Under the pieces are notes generated by a model. It did not search any database. It was not told where the DNA came from and saw only the letters and a list, made by a program, of their open reading frames with translations. Shown here one piece after another: positions 61,831-64,000 of a stretch of DNA of 64,000 nt. Numbering within the stretch: position 1 is the stretch's first letter; the number at the start of each line of letters is the position of its first letter. Origin of the DNA: Felis catus (lineage: Eukaryota); NCBI RefSeq assembly GCF_018350175.1, contig NC_058368.1, positions 152,212,001 to 152,276,000 on the forward strand, given 5' to 3'. The translations under genes and the position numbers were made by a program.

Positions 61831-64000
61831 GGGACCTCCTCCACCTGCACCAACCATAACTAACTTTTAAATAAACTGACTCTCTCGTCTTGAACATTCC
61901 TGACAATGTGAATCTAAAAGTAGGAACGATGCAGTAGTTTTTATTTTTTCACCTTTGGTTCTTCTTTTTAACTCCACGTAAATAGGTACAAGCAAGAATT
62001 GTAACTTACTTATACTAAGTACCAATAACTTTAGAACACATATTACAGATGTCAGTGAAATTAAAAGTTGAGTCGGGTAGAACACAAAATTAATCTCTCC
62101 ACCGTCCTCGTTAAATTTCAGTTCAATGGGGAATGCTGCCATTTCTTCCACAGGTTTTCCTGTTACACTCTTATTTTAGGCCAATACCGTCAGTACTCTG
62201 AAGCAAGTACTCTCAGATCCTAAGCAAATAGCATTATATTACCAAGAAGCAGGGTGTTTAATTGTTTCTAATTTTTCTACACAATTATTGCTTTGGTGTG
62301 AACCATCACAGATTGTTTCAAAACAGACCCCGGGTGACTACTCAGCAAAAGTCAATAGGCAAAGCAGAGGCCTAAAGTTTTCTCTTGGGGCATCTCTGCA
62401 GTAAATTGTGTTCCTTACACCAACTTTCAACTACCTAATTTTTCAAATCTTGCTGGAATAACAAGTGGCAAATTAGTGGATCTGTCACATGAATGCTATT
62501 TGCAATTTACTTGTAGTACACCCTTACTTCACATTCAGGTTTTGTCTTGATGTAATTGACTTAACAAGCAAGTATTTATCACACTTACTGCTCGAAAACA
62601 TTAATTACCTTTGATCTTGCTGAACCTCACACCTACTTATTTTTAAGAAAATTTGACCAGGTTAAAAAGTTACTTAGATAATTACAACTCATTGTGTATT
62701 AGCAATTCCTCAGTATAGAATGTTGCATCCTTCGGAGTGCCACAGACCTATTCAAACGTATTCAGAAACTTGAGGCAAAATATATTTATTACTCAATAGT
62801 AAATTACAATATTCCAGAAGAAACTGAGCTGTACAATGAAAATAACTTCAATAGTTATACCTTTTTAAAACTGATGAAGCTGAAGTATTTTAGAGTGCAA
62901 TACCATGTGTCTGTGTTAATGTGGCCAAGGTCCTGACGGAGAGATGCAACACATCCCTCTTTATTAAAAAATAATAATAATAAAATAAAGACATGTGATC
63001 TTCAGTTTCCAGGAGAATAAAGATTTTATGTCTTAGGTACAAGATTCATTGCTGATGAAAAAAAGTTAAAAGTCGTTTCAGATGTTAGAAGTGTTCTGAA
63101 CACAAATCACACAGTGCATAGCATTTAATTACTTCATTTAAAAATTCTCAGGATGTCCAAAATCGATTCTGTGCATACATAATTGTATGTTCAATGGAGT
63201 CGTGGTCTAAGCACATTTAACTTATGCCAAATTAATAATATGCATTTAACAAGTTAAAAAATAAGGAGGGCAGGCGATTCTCCTCACTAAAAAGAGGAGG
63301 CTTTCACACTAAAAGAGCCTACAGTCTGGGATGTTAGAAATGGGAGATGTGGCTTCGTGTCCCCTCAGTCATCACAGTTTTCATACATGTCTCTCATAAC
63401 CTTAGCATCCTATCAGGCTGAGTATGAGTCTGGGGTTTCATACTATGCATTTTGAGGTTAGTGTGTCCTATCAACAAGTTAGCTAGTCATCTGTTTCTCA
63501 ACTAAGGGAAGAGCAGTTTTTTAAAGACGAGGAGGAAAATATGGGTATTTCGGATTCAGTGAGACAATAGATCATGTCTATCCCCCATGTAACAACTTCT
63601 TAAGGGAATTATAGTGTTATTTTGACTCTGTGCAATTTTTGCCCCTCTTGTTTATTTAAGAAGTTGATCTACATATAAAAGAAGAGTCCACTGTACCTAA
63701 AACTCATTGCAGCCATCTATCATCACATGTTCATACCCAAGTTATCTCAATAGTGCCAAGAGACACTTTACCTCAGTGCAAAGTAGATTATATTTGCATA
63801 TTTATAACTGACATGGAAGCGGCAAATACCCATAATGCACGGCATACTCATAATGCAGCTTGATTTAAATATGTAAATACTAATAAACATGAATATTTAA
63901 ATCTCAGTGAAGAATTCACATAGAAGTAGAGCACATCCAGAATGTAACTTGATATTTGCCTAATATTATAGCACAAACAAAAAGTTAAGGCTACCAATTG

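Noticed and set aside
61483..61906. Five overlapping ORFs in the GC-rich island
   Set aside because: Stop codons are depleted in GC-rich DNA; the ORFs fall on both strands and give no recognisable protein.
63541..63551. atgggtatttc matching the start of the 54433 candidate exon in inverted orientation
   Set aside because: The match is only 11 bp and does not extend; expected by chance.

Overview
This is AT-rich, repeat-dense mammalian nuclear DNA, almost certainly from a cat-family (Felidae) genome, judged from 18 tRNA-derived CanSINE/SINEC_Fc-type elements and two young L1_Fc-type LINE-1 insertions. It reads as intronic or intergenic. It also holds older L1s (including a decayed ~5.6 kb L1MA9-like copy), L2, MIR, MaLR/ERVL solo LTRs, MER5 DNA transposons and microsatellites. 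I recognise no host protein-coding gene, rRNA, tRNA gene or CRISPR array. The only long ORF (461 aa) is the C-terminal part of L1 ORF2. The best non-repeat signal is a small CpG-rich promoter-like island at ~61.5-61.8 kb (two CCAAT boxes, an NRF1-like motif) with a strong minus-strand splice donor. It can be joined, speculatively, to candidate exons at 54.4 kb and ~50 kb. Other points of interest are a young L1 with an almost absent poly(A) tail next to that candidate exon, a 169-bp ungapped local duplication, and nested or inverted repeat arrangements. I found no convincing evidence of a new biological system. Repeat subfamily names come from recalled consensus sequences rather than a database search, and boundaries of old repeats are approximate.
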